A stretch of DNA of 32,000 nucleotides from Desulfobulbus propionicus DSM 2032 (GCF_000186885.1 NC_014972.1:3540001-3572000), one strand, 5' to 3'; shown: positions 1 to 11,733, counted from the stretch's first letter. The notes: generated from the letters alone by a model not told the origin. Made by a program: numbers and translations.

Positions 1-51
1 ACGGATGTGGAGTTCAGGCCTGGGGTGTTGTGTGGCTGCAATGCGTGGCAA

Positions 52-447
52 TCAGAACGGTACGTCGTCAGAGGGTGGTGGTTCCTGGCCGTCTTCCGGT
101 GGAACCGGAATATCGGTTCGTTCACCGCCGCCCAGCATCTTCATCTCACGGGCAATGATTTCCGTGGTGAAGCGGGTGACACCTTCTGCGTCTTGCCATT
201 TGCGGGTCTGTAAACGGCCCTCCAGGTAGACACGGGAGCCTTTCGAGAGGTACTCGGAGCAGATTTCGGCCAGGCGACCGAAGGCAACGATGCGATGCCA
301 TTCGGTCGATTCCTGCGCCTTACCTTCGTTATCCTTCCACCGTTCGGTGGTGGCGATGCGGAAGGTGGCCACTGCGACCTGGGTCTTGGTGTAACAGGTG
401 TCAACGTCTGCGCCTAAATTGCCGATCAGCATGGTCTTGTTCAACAT
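52..447 (-). CDS. ssb: Single-stranded DNA-binding protein
   Basis: MLNKTMLIGNLGADVDTCYT...ATTERWKD..G...ESTEWHRIVAFGRLAEICSEYLSKGSRVYLEGRLQTRKWQD.. plus acidic tail ending DDVPF. ATG at 445-447 with upstream AAGGAGAACC. The longer 52..789 ORF is an upstream in-frame extension. Confidence 0.95.
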   Translation of the reverse strand: MLNKTMLIGNLGADVDTCYTKTQVAVATFRIATTERWKDNEGKAQESTEWHRIVAFGRLAEICSEYLSKGSRVYLEGRLQTRKWQDAEGVTRFTTEIIAREMKMLGGGERTDIPVPPEDGQEPPPSDDVPF

Positions 448-526
448 GAGGGTTCTCCTTGAAGAATGAGAGGGTAGCTCTCCCCACCATGGGAAGAGAT
501 TTGGGTGCGATTTGGGAAACCTGAGT

Positions 527-1498
527 TCAAGCGGCTTTCTTGACCTCCAGGAAGGCGTAGGAGCTGCTCTTCTGGAAATCATTGAGCGAGTGGCCGTAGC
601 CTTGGAGGAACTGGTTGAGCTGGTCCGCATCCAGTGACTTCCTGGTGCGAACCGCCTTACGCAGCAGATGGCCGCAAGTCTTGAGCGGACCGCGTTGGGC
701 CACGATGGCCAGCAGATTGCTCTTGCGGTAATTGACCTCGGCCTCCAGATCTTTTTGCTGGTGCTGTAATTCCAGGAGGACTTCGACACTCTCGGTCAGC
801 TCGCGCACCTCTTCAGCCTCGAACTTGGGGCAGTCCAGGAGGAAGGGGCAGTAGCCGCAGAGCGGTCCTACCTCCATGGAGGGGGTAGCCAAATCACCTG
901 CACTGTAGGCTTGGTATTGGTTCCAGATGGTAGCGGCCCGGTCGATCAGGCCGTGATAGATGGTGTCCTGGGGCGTGTAGCCGCCAAAGAGTCGCATTCC
1001 CTGATCACCGAAGTTGACTGCCAGGATGGCGCCTTTCTCCACGGTGTAGTCGGGGAAGCTGTCGGCCAGCAGTCCCATTTGCAGATAGAGTTGGGTCTCC
1101 CAAGCGCCGTAGGGGTGTTCCGGGATGTTCTCCGGTGCTTTCACCTCCAGGACCGCCATGGTCTTGCGCACTTCCGAGATGAAGACAAAATCGAGATGGG
1201 CCATGACCGGGACAGCGCCCGCATGACGAACCTCGGTTTGTCGCTGGAAGTTGCTGAAACCAGCGATCATGAAGGCAGCGGCAACCACTTCCTCGGCCAT
1301 GTGACCGCGCCGCTGCCGCAGCAGGGTAACCAGGTCGGCCTCCGGGGCATGGAGTTTTCTGAGAATGGTTTTGCGTGGGCAGGCGCCGATGTCGGAAGCC
1401 CCGAGATAGGTACTCCGATCACCGAGTGTTGCCTCGGTCTGTTGGATGGCAAGCTGCTGGAGAGCGGCCTGCAGGGTGAGCATTAACTGATCTGACAT
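527..1498 (-). CDS. PD-(D/E)XK nuclease (RecB/Cas4-like exonuclease) with probable Fe-S cysteines
   Basis: YLGASDIGACPRKTILRKL ... MAHLDFVFIS...TMAVLEVKAPE ... CGYCPFLLDCPKF: catalytic D...E-x-K and the four-cysteine arrangement of Cas4/AddB-like nucleases. ATG at 1496-1498. Confidence 0.75.
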   Translation of the reverse strand: MSDQLMLTLQAALQQLAIQQTEATLGDRSTYLGASDIGACPRKTILRKLHAPEADLVTLLRQRRGHMAEEVVAAAFMIAGFSNFQRQTEVRHAGAVPVMAHLDFVFISEVRKTMAVLEVKAPENIPEHPYGAWETQLYLQMGLLADSFPDYTVEKGAILAVNFGDQGMRLFGGYTPQDTIYHGLIDRAATIWNQYQAYSAGDLATPSMEVGPLCGYCPFLLDCPKFEAEEVRELTESVEVLLELQHQQKDLEAEVNYRKSNLLAIVAQRGPLKTCGHLLRKAVRTRKSLDADQLNQFLQGYGHSLNDFQKSSSYAFLEVKKAA

Positions 1499-1591
1499 GG
1501 TTGGATCCTCCTGAAAAAATGAGGGAGGATACACGGATTCCCGCCGAGGGAATGGTATCGCTCCCTCTGGGGCTGGGTGATGTTGTGGTGA

Positions 1592-2284
1592 TTAAGCTGC
1601 TTGCTTCATCCAGGTTTTTCCGGTCTTATCCCATTGAAAGCCTGCGGCCTTGAGCAGTTCCTTCTTGTCGAAGAGATGGTCGCCGATGGCGATGATCACC
1701 CCTTGACGATGCTCGAAGCTGACGCCGGCGATCCTAGGCAGGGTTGCCGAGGGATCGCTTTGATTGGCAGGTGGTTCAGTGGGTTGGCTTCTGGATGCAG
1801 GTTTGGTTTTCGGTTGAGGGTTGGATTGCGTTGCGGGTGGCGAAGTTCGTTGCGTTCCCTGAAGGAAGACGTTCTTCAACAGGCCCTTGTAGGCATCGCT
1901 GCCGATGGACAACAGTGACATGCATTTCTGAATAGCATCGGTGATCGCCCCTTTCTGGGCATCGCCGACATTGCCTTTGACGATCTGCATCTGTCCCTTG
2001 TGCGAGCCCTTGCACATCCAGTCACCGTCGATTTTCACAAACAATCGAACTTCAGCGACCGCCTGGGTCTCAAAAATCTCCTCCTTGGTCAGTTCGTACC
2101 GCCAGTTCTCCGGACCGAGCACCTCATTGACGCTGTCAAAGACGTACTGCGGCCGAAAACCGTACTTGATCTGACCGATCACGTTACCGCCCTTGTCGGT
2201 CATCTTGATTTCCTGAATCGCCTCGATGCCGAATGTTCGCAAGCGTTCGTTGATCGACTGGATCTGTTCCTGCAATGGTGCCAT
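1592..2284 (-). CDS. Rad52/22-family single-strand annealing protein
   Basis: FDSVNEVLGPENWRYELTKEEIFE.. AVAEVRLFVKIDGDWMCKGSHKGQMQIVKGNVGDAQKGAITDAIQKCMSLLSIGSDAYKGLL is characteristic of the Rad52 core. It also has a C-terminal FDKKELLKAAGFQWDKTGKTWMKQ motif. Confidence 0.8.
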   Translation of the reverse strand: MAPLQEQIQSINERLRTFGIEAIQEIKMTDKGGNVIGQIKYGFRPQYVFDSVNEVLGPENWRYELTKEEIFETQAVAEVRLFVKIDGDWMCKGSHKGQMQIVKGNVGDAQKGAITDAIQKCMSLLSIGSDAYKGLLKNVFLQGTQRTSPPATQSNPQPKTKPASRSQPTEPPANQSDPSATLPRIAGVSFEHRQGVIIAIGDHLFDKKELLKAAGFQWDKTGKTWMKQAA

Positions 2285-2909
2285 GGTGTTGCCTCCTTAT
2301 GAGTATGGGGGAGCAAGACGTCATGGCTCCGCCGGGAGCATGACGTAACAGCTCCCGATGGATGAGTGGGGTGGGGTATGTATTGAAAGAAACGATAGGA
2401 TCAGTCATTCCGAGAACGCGCAAAGAGAATGCGGGTGCGAAAAGACAGGGAAAAAGCTATCGATTCAACGGAGAAAAGAGAATGAGGGGAACGAATCGAG
2501 CGATTCGTTTGCAGGGGGGCTTGCGCGACTCTTCCAGGTCAAAGAAAAACGTTCGCCTCTGCGATTAAACGTCTTTGGTCGAGGAAAGGCAGCGCTGCGT
2601 ACTACTGGAGTTCAAGAACACGAAAATCGTGTTCAGCTAAGCCCTGGAAAGGGGTATCTCATTGGAAATGAGCCAAAATTTCTTATAAAAAACTTCTATA
2701 CTCATAAATATTACTCCGGCGATTAAACAACTAAATCGTTCTGGTGAACAATACGATAACCATCGTAAAAACAGTAAATTAACCGGATGGGCTTTCAAAT
2801 ATTTCACTGTTTAGTCACCGGAGCAATAGCAAGACGAATATTTAGAAAAAGTTGAATATATGGACATTGGCACCAAACGATACAATGTCCACATATTCAG
2901 CCAGTTCCA

Positions 2910-3785
2910 TCAAAACGCAAATTTGACGGCAGTGATCAAGGTGGTAGTTTTATCGGTATTTTCACCCCACAGGCCCTGCTGGACACCAACATTCACCCGT
3001 AACGTGTCGTTGATCGGCATGATCAGTCCGGCGGTCACCGCAAGCACTTGTGCATCGTTCTCGTCAGAAAGCGCATCGTGGCCATAATTCAGTTCCACCT
3101 CCGGTTGCAGCCAGGGCAGCATCTGATAGCCCAGCGCCAAGTCTGCGTTGAACGTACCCCTGGCATTTTCCCGCTTGCAGCCGATGGGCAGGACAAAACC
3201 GATATCGCCGTTGAGGGTCCATTTCCCCAAATCCTTGGTCGCGACCAGGGTCTGGTTGAAGCTCCAATATTCCTGACTGGTACCGATCTCGCTCTGATCC
3301 GAACTGTTGCCGGTCGGGAGGGTCATTCCGGCGATATAGGCGATCTCCAAGTGCTGCTCCTCGTTGCTATAAAAACGGTAGCGGCCGCTCACCTCCAGGT
3401 CGGTGAAGTCTTCGCCCCGAAAAGGACCGGTCAGCCCACCGTCGCCGTCGAAATCGTTGTCGTTGTCCTTGATCCAACTGTACCCCCCATTTATGTTGAT
3501 ATCGACGTTATCGACCACACCGGCGGTGAACGAGAGGCCGAGGTTGTGTTCCCGATAAAGCCCTCGGCCATGAGCATGGCCACCGGCATCCCAGAATCGC
3601 TCGGAGCGGGTTGTCGCAAAAGAGGGTTCCAGTTCGAAGTGACCTGGATCGACAGGCGAGGCGTCGGCGGTGTTGATCTTGCCGTGCTCAACACTGATTT
3701 CGTCAGCATCGGATTGTGCCGCCTGCACTGCTTGGGCAAACCCCAGCAGGCAGGCCAAGGCGACTGTGATTGTTGGTTGCGACAT
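2910..3785 (-). CDS. Outer-membrane transporter-like protein (MetA-pathway/phenol-degradation OMP-like)
   Basis: Signal peptide (MSQPTITVALACLLGFAQAVQA), alternating beta-strand pattern, C-terminal ...LITAVKFAF. Confidence 0.55.
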   Translation of the reverse strand: MSQPTITVALACLLGFAQAVQAAQSDADEISVEHGKINTADASPVDPGHFELEPSFATTRSERFWDAGGHAHGRGLYREHNLGLSFTAGVVDNVDININGGYSWIKDNDNDFDGDGGLTGPFRGEDFTDLEVSGRYRFYSNEEQHLEIAYIAGMTLPTGNSSDQSEIGTSQEYWSFNQTLVATKDLGKWTLNGDIGFVLPIGCKRENARGTFNADLALGYQMLPWLQPEVELNYGHDALSDENDAQVLAVTAGLIMPINDTLRVNVGVQQGLWGENTDKTTTLITAVKFAF

Positions 3786-3919
3786 ATTGACTCCTTGTTA
3801 TCTTAGCGTATTTGTACAGAAGTGTTGATTCCGGCGCCTTGCTGGAACACAAATCTTTCATTGTTCATTATGGCCAACTAATTTTCTCCTTTTAGGCTTG
3901 TTAGATGCTATAAGTCTTA

Positions 3920-4114
3920 TTACTGAAGAATATCATTAGACGGATGCGTCAGGAGAGACGTCTGGGCTTCAACACTGTCCATGGAGGCTTCGATGGCGGC
4001 ATAGAGCAGGTCAACAGTCAGGTCATTGGGGTGTCTCTGGAGACGAGTTGCAAGATATATCAAATTTTCCAGAGTTTTTCCGGATAGCTCAAGGGTAATA
4101 TGTGCTGTTTTCAT
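3920..4114 (-). CDS. Small protein, possibly ribbon-helix-helix/CopG-like
   Basis: MKTAHITLELSGKTLENLIYLATRLQRHPNDLTVDLLYAAIEASMD.. reads like an RHH beta-strand plus two helices. ATG at 4112-4114 with a purine-rich sequence upstream. Confidence 0.4.
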   Translation of the reverse strand: MKTAHITLELSGKTLENLIYLATRLQRHPNDLTVDLLYAAIEASMDSVEAQTSLLTHPSNDILQ

Positions 4115-4403
4115 TCTATGTTCCCCCTTGCACTCTCTTGCAAGATATGAGATTCTATCGACCGTCATGGTACAATGGCTCAGTTTTTTGCTAAAAGACC
4201 CTTGTCGTCCAGCTGCAAGCTACTACTTCCCCTGATAACTGATAGAATGGGTCCCTGGTAACTTTTTCCGGCCTTATATTGAAGTGGCGTTCTGTCGGCA
4301 AACGGAGCGCCCGGAGTGACATGGCAACCGGATACAATCCTTGGGCACGGAAAAAGTTACCGGGACTTCATTCGATTCGTAGCTCACTGTTTGTCCACAG
4401 TCA

Positions 4404-5543
4404 TTAGGATTTACATTCAAACACGGCAATCAATTGCTGCACCGCCGCCACCGCCGGCAGGGAACCGCCTGCCACACTGCGCTCGATGTCCTTGATGATC
4501 CGGTTCACCCCCGGGTGCTTGGCAAAGAGCGAGCGCAGGTGGTCATCGACCATGTCGTGCACCCACTTGATGCTTTGCTCCCGACGATGCCGCTCAAACA
4601 CGCCGGATTTGCTCGTAATCTCGCGGTATTTGCCGATCACCTTCCAGATTGCATCGATGCCCTCGTTGGCCATGGCCGAACAGGTGTAGGCGTGCGAGAT
4701 CCAGCCCTCGGTGGAGGGTTGCAGGTAATGCAGGGCGCGTTCATATTCCGCCCGTGCCGTTTCGGCGATCAGCTTGTTCTTGCCGTCGGCCTTGTTGATC
4801 ACCAGGGCGTCGGCCAGTTCCATGATGCCCTTCTTGATCCCTTGGAGTTCATCACCGGCTCCGGCCAGCATCAAGAGTAGAAAAAAATCGACCATGGAAC
4901 GCACCGTGGTCTCGCTCTGGCCCACGCCCACGGTCTCGATCAGCACCACGTCAAAACCCGCCGCCTCGCAAACCAGCATGGTCTCGCGGGTCTTGCGCGC
5001 CACCCCGCCCAGGGTGGACCCGGCGGGCGAAGGGCGAATGAAGCAGCGCTCGTCCCGGCTCAACCGCTCCATGCGGGTCTTGTCGCCGAGGATCGAGCCG
5101 CCGGAGATGGAGCTGGACGGATCCACCGCCAGGACCGCCACCTTATGGCCCTGCTCGATCAGATGGCAGCCAAAGGTTTCGATAAAGGTGGACTTGCCCA
5201 CCCCCGGCACGCCGGTGATGCCCACCCGGATGGAGTTGCCGGTGAACGGCAGGAGGATTTTCAGCACTTCCTGCGCTTTTTCGATATGCTGGGCCGCATT
5301 GGATTCCACCAGGGTGATGGCACGGCCCAGCACGGCCCTATCTCCCTGGCGCACACCGTCGGCGTATTCCTGGGCACTCAGTTGCGGCCGGCGGTGACGG
5401 ACGGCGGGTTTGACCACCTGTTCCGTGCCCTTGTAGCTGCTGATACCGTCATGTCCGGCTTCCACCCCATCCATCACCCGGCAGGCAAAGCCCTCGCAGT
5501 TACCCTCCGGTGCCCATTCCGGCATTTTGGTGTTCAATGTCAT
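4404..5543 (-). CDS. meaB: Methylmalonyl-CoA mutase-associated GTPase MeaB/ArgK family
   Basis: VGITGVPGVGKSTFIETFG (Walker A), VLAVDPSSSISGGSILGDKTRM, FIRPSPAGSTLGGVARKTRE, DVVLIETVGVGQSE, NKADG. Directly downstream of mutB. Confidence 0.95.
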   Translation of the reverse strand: MTLNTKMPEWAPEGNCEGFACRVMDGVEAGHDGISSYKGTEQVVKPAVRHRRPQLSAQEYADGVRQGDRAVLGRAITLVESNAAQHIEKAQEVLKILLPFTGNSIRVGITGVPGVGKSTFIETFGCHLIEQGHKVAVLAVDPSSSISGGSILGDKTRMERLSRDERCFIRPSPAGSTLGGVARKTRETMLVCEAAGFDVVLIETVGVGQSETTVRSMVDFFLLLMLAGAGDELQGIKKGIMELADALVINKADGKNKLIAETARAEYERALHYLQPSTEGWISHAYTCSAMANEGIDAIWKVIGKYREITSKSGVFERHRREQSIKWVHDMVDDHLRSLFAKHPGVNRIIKDIERSVAGGSLPAVAAVQQLIAVFECKS

Positions 5544-5625
5544 TGCTCCTCCTGTGCAAAGGGTTGAAGAAGGGGCATCCCCGCACGGTGCAGCGCAAGG
5601 GTGCCCCTTGAGGGATGCGCCTTCC

Positions 5626-7802
<2,177 letters not shown>

Positions 7803-7806
<4 letters not shown>

Positions 7807-9938
7807 GCGATCACCTCCAGGTGTTGTTGCAGTTTGGTGAGCAGTTCCAGGGCATTGACGCGGACGTGCAGGAACTCGTCCACCCCGGCCTCCTTGAAGG
7901 CATCGACAAGGTCTTTGGGAAAACCAGCGAGGATGATCATCATGCCGGGATCAGCGGCCTTGAGCTCCTGGGCTAATGGAGGAACAATCTCCGGGTAAGT
8001 GGCATCGGTGGAGCAGATGACCACCGCCTTGGCTCCGGAGGCCAGCGTCGCCTGGACGGCTTCGTCCACGGTGGCGAACCCGTTGTTGCCGATGGTCTCA
8101 AAGGCACCGACATTGAAAAAGGCGGTGGAGAAATCGGCCCGGGCCTTGTGCTGGGGGATGGGTCCCATGTTGGCAAGGAACAGTTTGGGAGTGGCACCGG
8201 TGCGGGCGGTAAAGGCCTCGGTGGCCCGGCGGATCTTCTCAAAGGGCTCGGCGCCGCGATGGATGTTGAGCGGGGTGATAGCAATCTCCCGGCTATCGCC
8301 CTGCAAGGCTCCGGCCACCATGCCCAGGGTGGCCCCCTGGCGGAAGGCGGCAATGGCCCGGGCCATCAGTTCGCCATCGAGAGTGGAAAGTCGATCGCGC
8401 AACGCGGCCAGCGCCGCGCCGCAGGCCTGGCTGTCAACGGTCCCGGCATGGGCCTTGACCGCCTGGATGCGTTTGTCTTGGAATCCCCGGTGGTCGAAGG
8501 GCTCGGCCTCCAGCCGTTTTTCCGCGAGGTTGGGGTACATGTTGGTGCCGACGAAACGGTCGGTGCGGGTGGCGACGTTCTTGGCCCGCTGGGCGGCGGT
8601 CTGGGCCACGGCTCCCTGGGGCATGCCCTGCTCAAGGGCCGCCAGCATGCCGCCGGCCGCCTCGATATCCTGGAACAGCTTCCAGGCTTTTTCCGCCAAC
8701 TGGGCAGTGATTTTCTCCACATACCAGCAACCGCCGGCCGGATCGACCACCTTGTCGAAATGGCCTTCTTCCTTGAGCACGATGTGGACATTGCGGGCGA
8801 TACGGCGGGAAAACTCGTTGGGGGTGCGGAAGATCTCATCAAAGGGGCTGACGTGCATGCTATCGACACCGCCGGCAATACCGGAGAAGGCCTCGGTGGA
8901 GACGCGCAGCATGTTGACCCAGGGATCGACCTCGGTCTTGTTCCAGGTGGCGGTGCGGGCATGGATAACCATTTTCTGCGCCTCAACATCGCCGTCAAAG
9001 GAGGCGACCACCTGCGACCAGGCCAGGCGTGCGGCGCGGAACTTGGCAATCTCCATGAAGAAGTCATTGCCGATGGCAAACTCAAAACTCATCCGCGCGG
9101 CGATGTCGTTGATGGCCAGTCCACGCTCCTGCAGAGCGCGGATATAGGCCACACCGGTTGCCAGGGCAAAGGCAATGTCCTGGACCGCGTTGCCGCCGCT
9201 GTTGCGGTACCCATCGGTGCCCACAGTGATGGTGCGCAGCTTGGGCGCATGGGCCATGGCCCAGCGGGTGAGTTGTGCCATGCGGTCATAGGCAGTGGCC
9301 AGGGAGGAGCTGAGTGTACCCTCCACCGCCAGTACGCCCAGGGGATCAACCACCAGCGATCCCTGGAGATCGGCCAGCGATTGCCCCTGTTCCTCAACCA
9401 GGGCGGCGATGAGGGCTGCAGGGGCAATCCCCAAAGGTCCACAGGTGAGACGACAGGGTTGGGCGGTCAGGTCGATCCCGGCGAAGGCGGCTTTGGCATC
9501 CGTCAAGCTGGAGAGCGACAACCCCTTTTTGCCGACCAAATCCGCCGGGGCCTGCTCAGGATCCAGGCCACGTAGGCTGGCGCAGTCGAGTACGATATTG
9601 AGGCTGTTCTGGCCACGACTGAGATCGTATTGCGCGGCCTGGTTGAACGCCTCGGCATCGGCCAGGGTGATCTCCTGGGCAATGTTCCAGGCATTGATCC
9701 TGTGGCCTGAAGCGCTCGTGCCGCGCATGTAGGGCGCCTCCCCCGGCAGGCTATCCACCTGGGGCAGGCCGTCAAGATCGTGGACAAAGTACATCGGCTG
9801 GATGTCGATACCTTCGTAACTTTTCTTGACCAGGGTCTTGTCAAAGGGTTTGCCCTTCAACTCCTTTTCCACCGCCGCCAGCCACTCGGCATGGGTATTG
9901 GCCGGAAAATCCTTGAGAATGTCCAATGCTGTTCCCAT
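7803..9938 (-). CDS. mutA: Methylmalonyl-CoA mutase, small subunit
   Basis: MutA-like domain architecture: [51 protein letters not shown], degenerate C-terminal B12 domain [15 protein letters not shown]...ILAGFPKD. Stop overlaps the mutB start (ATGA). ATG at 9936-9938. Confidence 0.93.
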
Positions 9939-9963
9939 TTTTACTCCTTGTTGCTTGGTTAAC

Positions 9964-9993
9964 AAAAAACCCCCGGCCCTTTCGGACCAGGGG
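9964..9993 (-). terminator. Intrinsic terminator between proximal cobalamin riboswitch and mutA
   Basis: On the minus strand: CCCCUGGUCC-GAAA-GGGCCGGGGG-UUUUUU, a 10 bp stem (including G-U pairs) with GAAA loop and U-tract, ending 26 nt before the mutA ATG. Confidence 0.85.
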
Positions 9994-10086
9994 TTCCCCT
10001 GTCTCTGCACCATCGATGACGCGCAGGACTTGCGCCTGCACAGGTGCTGGGATCAACAACGGGAACCACGGCCGCTTACGCTGATC

Positions 10087-10253
10087 AAAAAATCGGCAGG
10101 TCTTCTGGCTTTCGGATCAGCCTACTCTCCGCGTCTTCCCGATCAAATCGATCAGTGACATGCTACGGATTTCGTCCCCGATTACAGCGGCCGGACCGCA
10201 ACGGACTTGCACCGTTTTCCCTGTTAGGCCATAAAAAATGGCACCGATTTTTT
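10087..10253 (-). promoter_or_regulatory. Cobalamin riboswitch (proximal)
   Basis: Minus strand: GGGAAAACGGUGCAAGUCCGUUGCGGUCCGGCCGCUGUAAUCGGGGA ... AAAGCCAGAAGACCUGCC (B12 box). P1 closed by AAAAAAUCGG / CCGAUUUUUU. Confidence 0.93.
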
Positions 10254-10333
10254 TGTACAAACAATGAGTTAAAACTGTACCGCCTGACTACATCGGACCA
10301 ACATCTCCCCAATATTTTCCACGACAAAACGGC

Positions 10334-10375
10334 AAAAAAAAAATCCCCGGATCAATATAAAATTGATCCGGGGAT
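10334..10375 (-). terminator. Intrinsic terminator downstream of distal cobalamin riboswitch
   Basis: Perfect 14 bp inverted repeat (ATCCCCGGATCAAT / ATTGATCCGGGGAT) with 5 nt loop, followed on the minus strand by 9 U. Confidence 0.92.
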
Positions 10376-10434
10376 GCCCTGGTTTATCCACGTATCGGTG
10401 CCCTCCCTGGTCCAAGGGGAAAGCGCTAGTCATC

Positions 10435-10591
10435 TTTTCAGGCAGGTCTTCTGACTTCCGGATCAACCTACTTGCTGCGCCTTCCCAACCTTTTGGTCAG
10501 TGACATCATGCAGCGTTCGTCCCCGGATACAGCGGCGGGCCCGTCCCCGATTCTCACGGGGTTCCCTTTTCATCCTTGCGGAGCCTGAAAA
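10435..10591 (-). promoter_or_regulatory. Cobalamin riboswitch (distal)
   Basis: Minus strand: AAAAGGGAACCCCGUGAGAAUCGGGGACGGGCCCGCCGCUGUAUCCGGGGACGAA ... GGAAGUCAGAAGACCUGCC. P1 closed by UUUUCAGG / CCUGAAAA. Confidence 0.95.
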
Positions 10592-10829
10592 TGTATAATC
10601 CTTACAACAGCAAACGCGTTCACCTAAACGGTTTGCATTTCTTTTGTCAAGTGCAAAAAAAGGAGCTGTTTTGTTCAGCATGCCTACGCCAACCCGCGCC
10701 CAAGACAGAAAACCGAGCCTGGCCATGGCTTCTCGCCAGGACAAGGTGCAGAGGAACATACCTGGCAATTATTCTGTGACCGGGCTGTGGAACTCCCAAA
10801 CAAACCATATCAGACAAAGGGGAATACGT

Positions 10830-11186
10830 TCAGCGATTGATGGACATGGTGACGGTAACGATTTGCTGGCCCGTGTCGAACAACCCCAGGACAGTCGAGC
10901 AAGAACATTCATTTGATACCTGAACTGCTTTCGACAGCGTGCTGTAACACTGGGCTAATTGGGGCGTGCGTACCCAGTTTTTTTGACCAAGTCCCTCTTC
11001 CAGGGCCTCATCAACCTCGGCTAAATACTCCTCGGACTCCTTTCGATAGACTGCATACCCCAGGAAATTGGTGCCCTCGGGAAAGCCTAGCGTCTTGCGC
11101 AACTCCTCCACAGAGGGTTTCTCCGCACCGGACTTCTTCACGAGGTCTTTTTTCTTCTTCACGCCGGACAACTTCATTTTTCCCAT
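10830..11186 (-). CDS. Hypothetical small protein
   Basis: 118 aa ORF with plausible globular composition (GFPEGTNFLGYAVYRKESEEYLAEVDEALEEGL) and a lysine-rich N-terminus. Competes with an overlapping plus-strand ORF. Confidence 0.35.
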   Translation of the reverse strand: MGKMKLSGVKKKKDLVKKSGAEKPSVEELRKTLGFPEGTNFLGYAVYRKESEEYLAEVDEALEEGLGQKNWVRTPQLAQCYSTLSKAVQVSNECSCSTVLGLFDTGQQIVTVTMSINR

Positions 11187-11339
11187 GCAATACCACGTAC
11201 TGTTTCATTAAAATTTAACGCCCCAATGCTGGAGAACTCTTGCCGTTCCTCACCTGAACTCGATGGCATGACCAGGATTTGCTGATCGTGGAGGCTCCAG
11301 GAAATTCTCTGCGGAAGGGGCACCGGATCACTGCAATAA

Positions 11340-11606
11340 TCAAGCTTTGGCCCTTGGAGTCACTTTCGCATTACCCCTTGGGGATTTTTTTTCAAATGTA
11401 TAAAGGTACAAAGATTCAACCTTATCTCTCGCCCATTGTGTTTTCCGTAAAAACTTCAGCGATGAATTGATGGATGGATCACTCTTGAAACAATTGATCT
11501 TGATTTTCTGGGCGAGGCCTTCCCAGCCGTAATGTTCGACTAATCGGGTGACCGCCATTTCTAGGGTAATACCGTGTAATGGATTGTTTTCTTGCTTGGT
11601 ACTCAT
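11340..11606 (-). CDS. VF530 / DUF2132 family small protein
   Basis: [62 protein letters not shown] matches the recalled VF530 family consensus. Confidence 0.85.
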   Translation of the reverse strand: MSTKQENNPLHGITLEMAVTRLVEHYGWEGLAQKIKINCFKSDPSINSSLKFLRKTQWARDKVESLYLYTFEKKSPRGNAKVTPRAKA

Positions 11607-11733
11607 GCTGTGAATTGTATTATCCTTCTAGGGAGGTGTAGAGCGCATAACGGTGAAATAACCTGCCGGCCAAGTTTGCTGCCCACCTATTAAGAACGCG
11701 GCTATTTCCGGTCAGGTTTATTGACTTGATATG

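Noticed and set aside
527-1498. Calling the Fe-S PD-(D/E)XK nuclease cas4 and looking for a CRISPR locus
   Set aside because: No CRISPR-type repeat array or other cas genes in the window. The neighbours are Rad52-like and SSB genes, so a recombination nuclease is the better call.
2358-2726. 122 aa plus-strand ORF in the intergenic gap
   Set aside because: No motif, charged low-complexity start region. It overlaps the hairpin cluster and is probably non-coding.
8148-9575. 475 aa plus-strand ORF
   Set aside because: Lies entirely antisense to mutA, whose protein has clear conserved motifs. It is a typical GC-rich shadow ORF.
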